Below are positions 62,427 through 64,000 of a stretch of DNA of 64,000 nucleotides, one piece after another (the stretch's first letter is position 1; every line of letters begins with the position of its first letter). The notes beneath the pieces are model-generated. The model did no database searches. It had not been told where the DNA came from and saw nothing but the letters and a program-made list of their open reading frames with translations. Origin of the DNA: Candidatus Bathyarchaeota archaeon. Lineage in GTDB: Archaea > Thermoproteota > Bathyarchaeia > TCS64. The position numbers were made by a program, and so were the translations under genes. The stretch lies in contig CAVYVF010000022.1 of NCBI GenBank assembly GCA_963771885.1, forward strand, positions 332,668 to 396,667, in the 5' to 3' direction.

Positions 62427-63934
62427 TTGGCAGCCAGCCTCGCTATGTTGTATACTTCCTCCGGGTTGTGGTAGTAGTTGCGTATGTTTGTGGCAACCGC
62501 GTCGTAGTCTTTGACGCCTATGTCTACCATCCACTTGAGTATTGTTTCGCGTCTATCGAGTTCCTGGTTGAGTTTTTCGACTGGGACTTGGTTTATTTCC
62601 GAGATTAGTTTGAATACTCCTTTGTTGTTCTTCGGTTTTTGGTACTCGAATGTGTCTGTGGCGGAATCCCATTTGAATCGAGTTTCTAGTATAGCTTCAT
62701 TCGTTTTTGGGTCTATGCCGACTATCTCGTTTATAGAGTCTACTCGTCGGGCTATCTGGCCTTTGATTGTTACTCTGCGAATTTGGATTAGGCTGTTCAT
62801 TAGGGGTAGCATCATTGGGGGGATATCCATGGGTCGGGTGATCAGTCGTTTTATTACGGAGTCTTCGCTGTCGGCGTGTATGGAGCATAATCCTCCGTGG
62901 CCTACCGCTATGCTCTGGAAGAGGGTGTATGCTTCCTCGCCTCTTACTTCGCCTACTATGATGTAGTCTGGGCGTTGACGTAGGGCTGATCTTAGGAGGT
63001 CAAATAGGGTGATCTCTTGGATACCGGGCTGGTAGCTTGGCCTTGTCGTCATGGGGATCCAGTTTTCGTGTAGTCGGAGCTCTCTTACTTCCTCGATTGT
63101 GACGACCTTCATCTCGGGTTTGATGAACATACTAATCGAGTTGAGAAGAGCAGTTTTACCCGATGCTACTGCTCCGCAGACCATCATGCTGCGAAGGTAT
63201 TCGACGAGTATCCAGGTGTAGGCGGCTATTCTAGGAGAGATTGTTCCTAGTTGGATTAGATCAACTACAGTGAATGGGTTTGGCCTATATTTTCGTATGG
63301 TGAAGGAGTCTCCTCTGCGTGAGACTTCGTCGAGGGTTATGTGGGCGCGGTAGCCTTCTGGTAGTGTGCCTTCTAGTATTGGGTTTGCGATTGAGATCTG
63401 GTTTCCGGTTTTGTAGACGAGTCTGTTTACAACGAAGTTGAGTTCTTCTCTGGTTGGGAAAATGATGTTTGTTGAGAGGGATTCGTGTACTCTGTGCCAA
63501 ATGTAGATTGGTGTGTTGAAGCCGTTGCATGAGATGTCTTCAATGTTGGGATCATGGAAGAGTAGATCGATTTTCCCATAACCCATGAAATCCCTCATGA
63601 GATAATATTTTAACTTATCATCAGTTTCTAGCGGTATTTCTTTTTTATATTTATTAATTATCTTCTTAATCATATCATCTAGATATTTTTTCATTAATTC
63701 ATCATTTTTTAATACTTTTAATGGAACACCGACATTAATTATTATTGCTTCTTTTATAGCTCTTAGAATATCTTGTTCATCTTCACTTAGAGTTGGCTCA
63801 ATTACATTATAGATTTTTTTACCAGTATCATCATCAACCTGTATACCTATATAACCAAATGGAGGATTAACTGGATAGAATTCTTTGTAGACTGAGTTTT
63901 GATCATTATTTTTTATTTGAATTATTTCATCCAT
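62423..63934 (-). CDS. Type II/IV secretion ATPase (archaeal pilus assembly, FlaI/TadA/VirB11 family)
   Basis: DPNIEDISC, FTIRK, GAVASGKT, ALRQRPDYIIVGEVRG.EA, GHGG..IHA. Confidence 0.95.
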   Translation of the reverse strand: MDEIIQIKNNDQNSVYKEFYPVNPPFGYIGIQVDDDTGKKIYNVIEPTLSEDEQDILRAIKEAIIINVGVPLKVLKNDELMKKYLDDMIKKIINKYKKEIPLETDDKLKYYLMRDFMGYGKIDLLFHDPNIEDISCNGFNTPIYIWHRVHESLSTNIIFPTREELNFVVNRLVYKTGNQISIANPILEGTLPEGYRAHITLDEVSRRGDSFTIRKYRPNPFTVVDLIQLGTISPRIAAYTWILVEYLRSMMVCGAVASGKTALLNSISMFIKPEMKVVTIEEVRELRLHENWIPMTTRPSYQPGIQEITLFDLLRSALRQRPDYIIVGEVRGEEAYTLFQSIAVGHGGLCSIHADSEDSVIKRLITRPMDIPPMMLPLMNSLIQIRRVTIKGQIARRVDSINEIVGIDPKTNEAILETRFKWDSATDTFEYQKPKNNKGVFKLISEINQVPVEKLNQELDRRETILKWMVDIGVKDYDAVATNIRNYYHNPEEVYNIARLAAK

Positions 63935-64000
63935 AATTTAACCCCATTATGTAACTACTATGTTAATTGTTTTAGATAATGCAGTATCAGTATCAGTAAT

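Noticed and set aside
60629..63934. Archaellum (arlI/arlJ) assignment
   Set aside because: Two separate short platform genes and no arlH or archaellin favour a pilus system; no symbol assigned
1..64000. CRISPR array, rRNA, transposase or integrase
   Set aside because: No regularly spaced repeats, rRNA-like sequence or recombinase/transposase motifs seen

Overview
Archaeal chromosomal DNA, most likely from the TACK group (Bathyarchaeia-like). This is inferred from a CdvA-like protein, a TackOD1 protein, a presenilin-type protease, Agl3 sulfoquinovose synthase, an archaeal pilus ATPase with two platform proteins, and frequent TTG/GTG/CTG starts. 1-21 kb is mostly housekeeping: peptide ABC ATPase, MFS transporters, nucleotide-sugar enzymes, HtrA, deacetylase, PncA/PncB. 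21-36.7 kb is an accessory block with three paralog pairs (UbiA prenyltransferases, REC-PAS-PAS hybrid kinases of which one is a pseudokinase, and two unannotated ~52-aa CxxC microproteins), plus a GGR-like flavoprotein, a flippase and a GT2. It ends at an intron-less tRNA-Cys. 36.8-56 kb is a patchwork of surface-protein genes with alternating GCGC tracts at their junctions; one gene is bracketed by 38-bp palindromic direct repeats. This region holds the most striking gene: one 728-aa polypeptide fusing a CxxCH heme-c site, an Ig-like stalk, a CcsA/CcmF-type WWD heme-lyase domain and a putative di-heme cytochrome b module. 56-64 kb is a type IV pilus-like operon with TackOD1 and V4R proteins and a convergent large adhesin. 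At least a dozen genes are split by single-base indels, most likely assembly errors. No integrase, transposase, CRISPR array or rRNA was seen.
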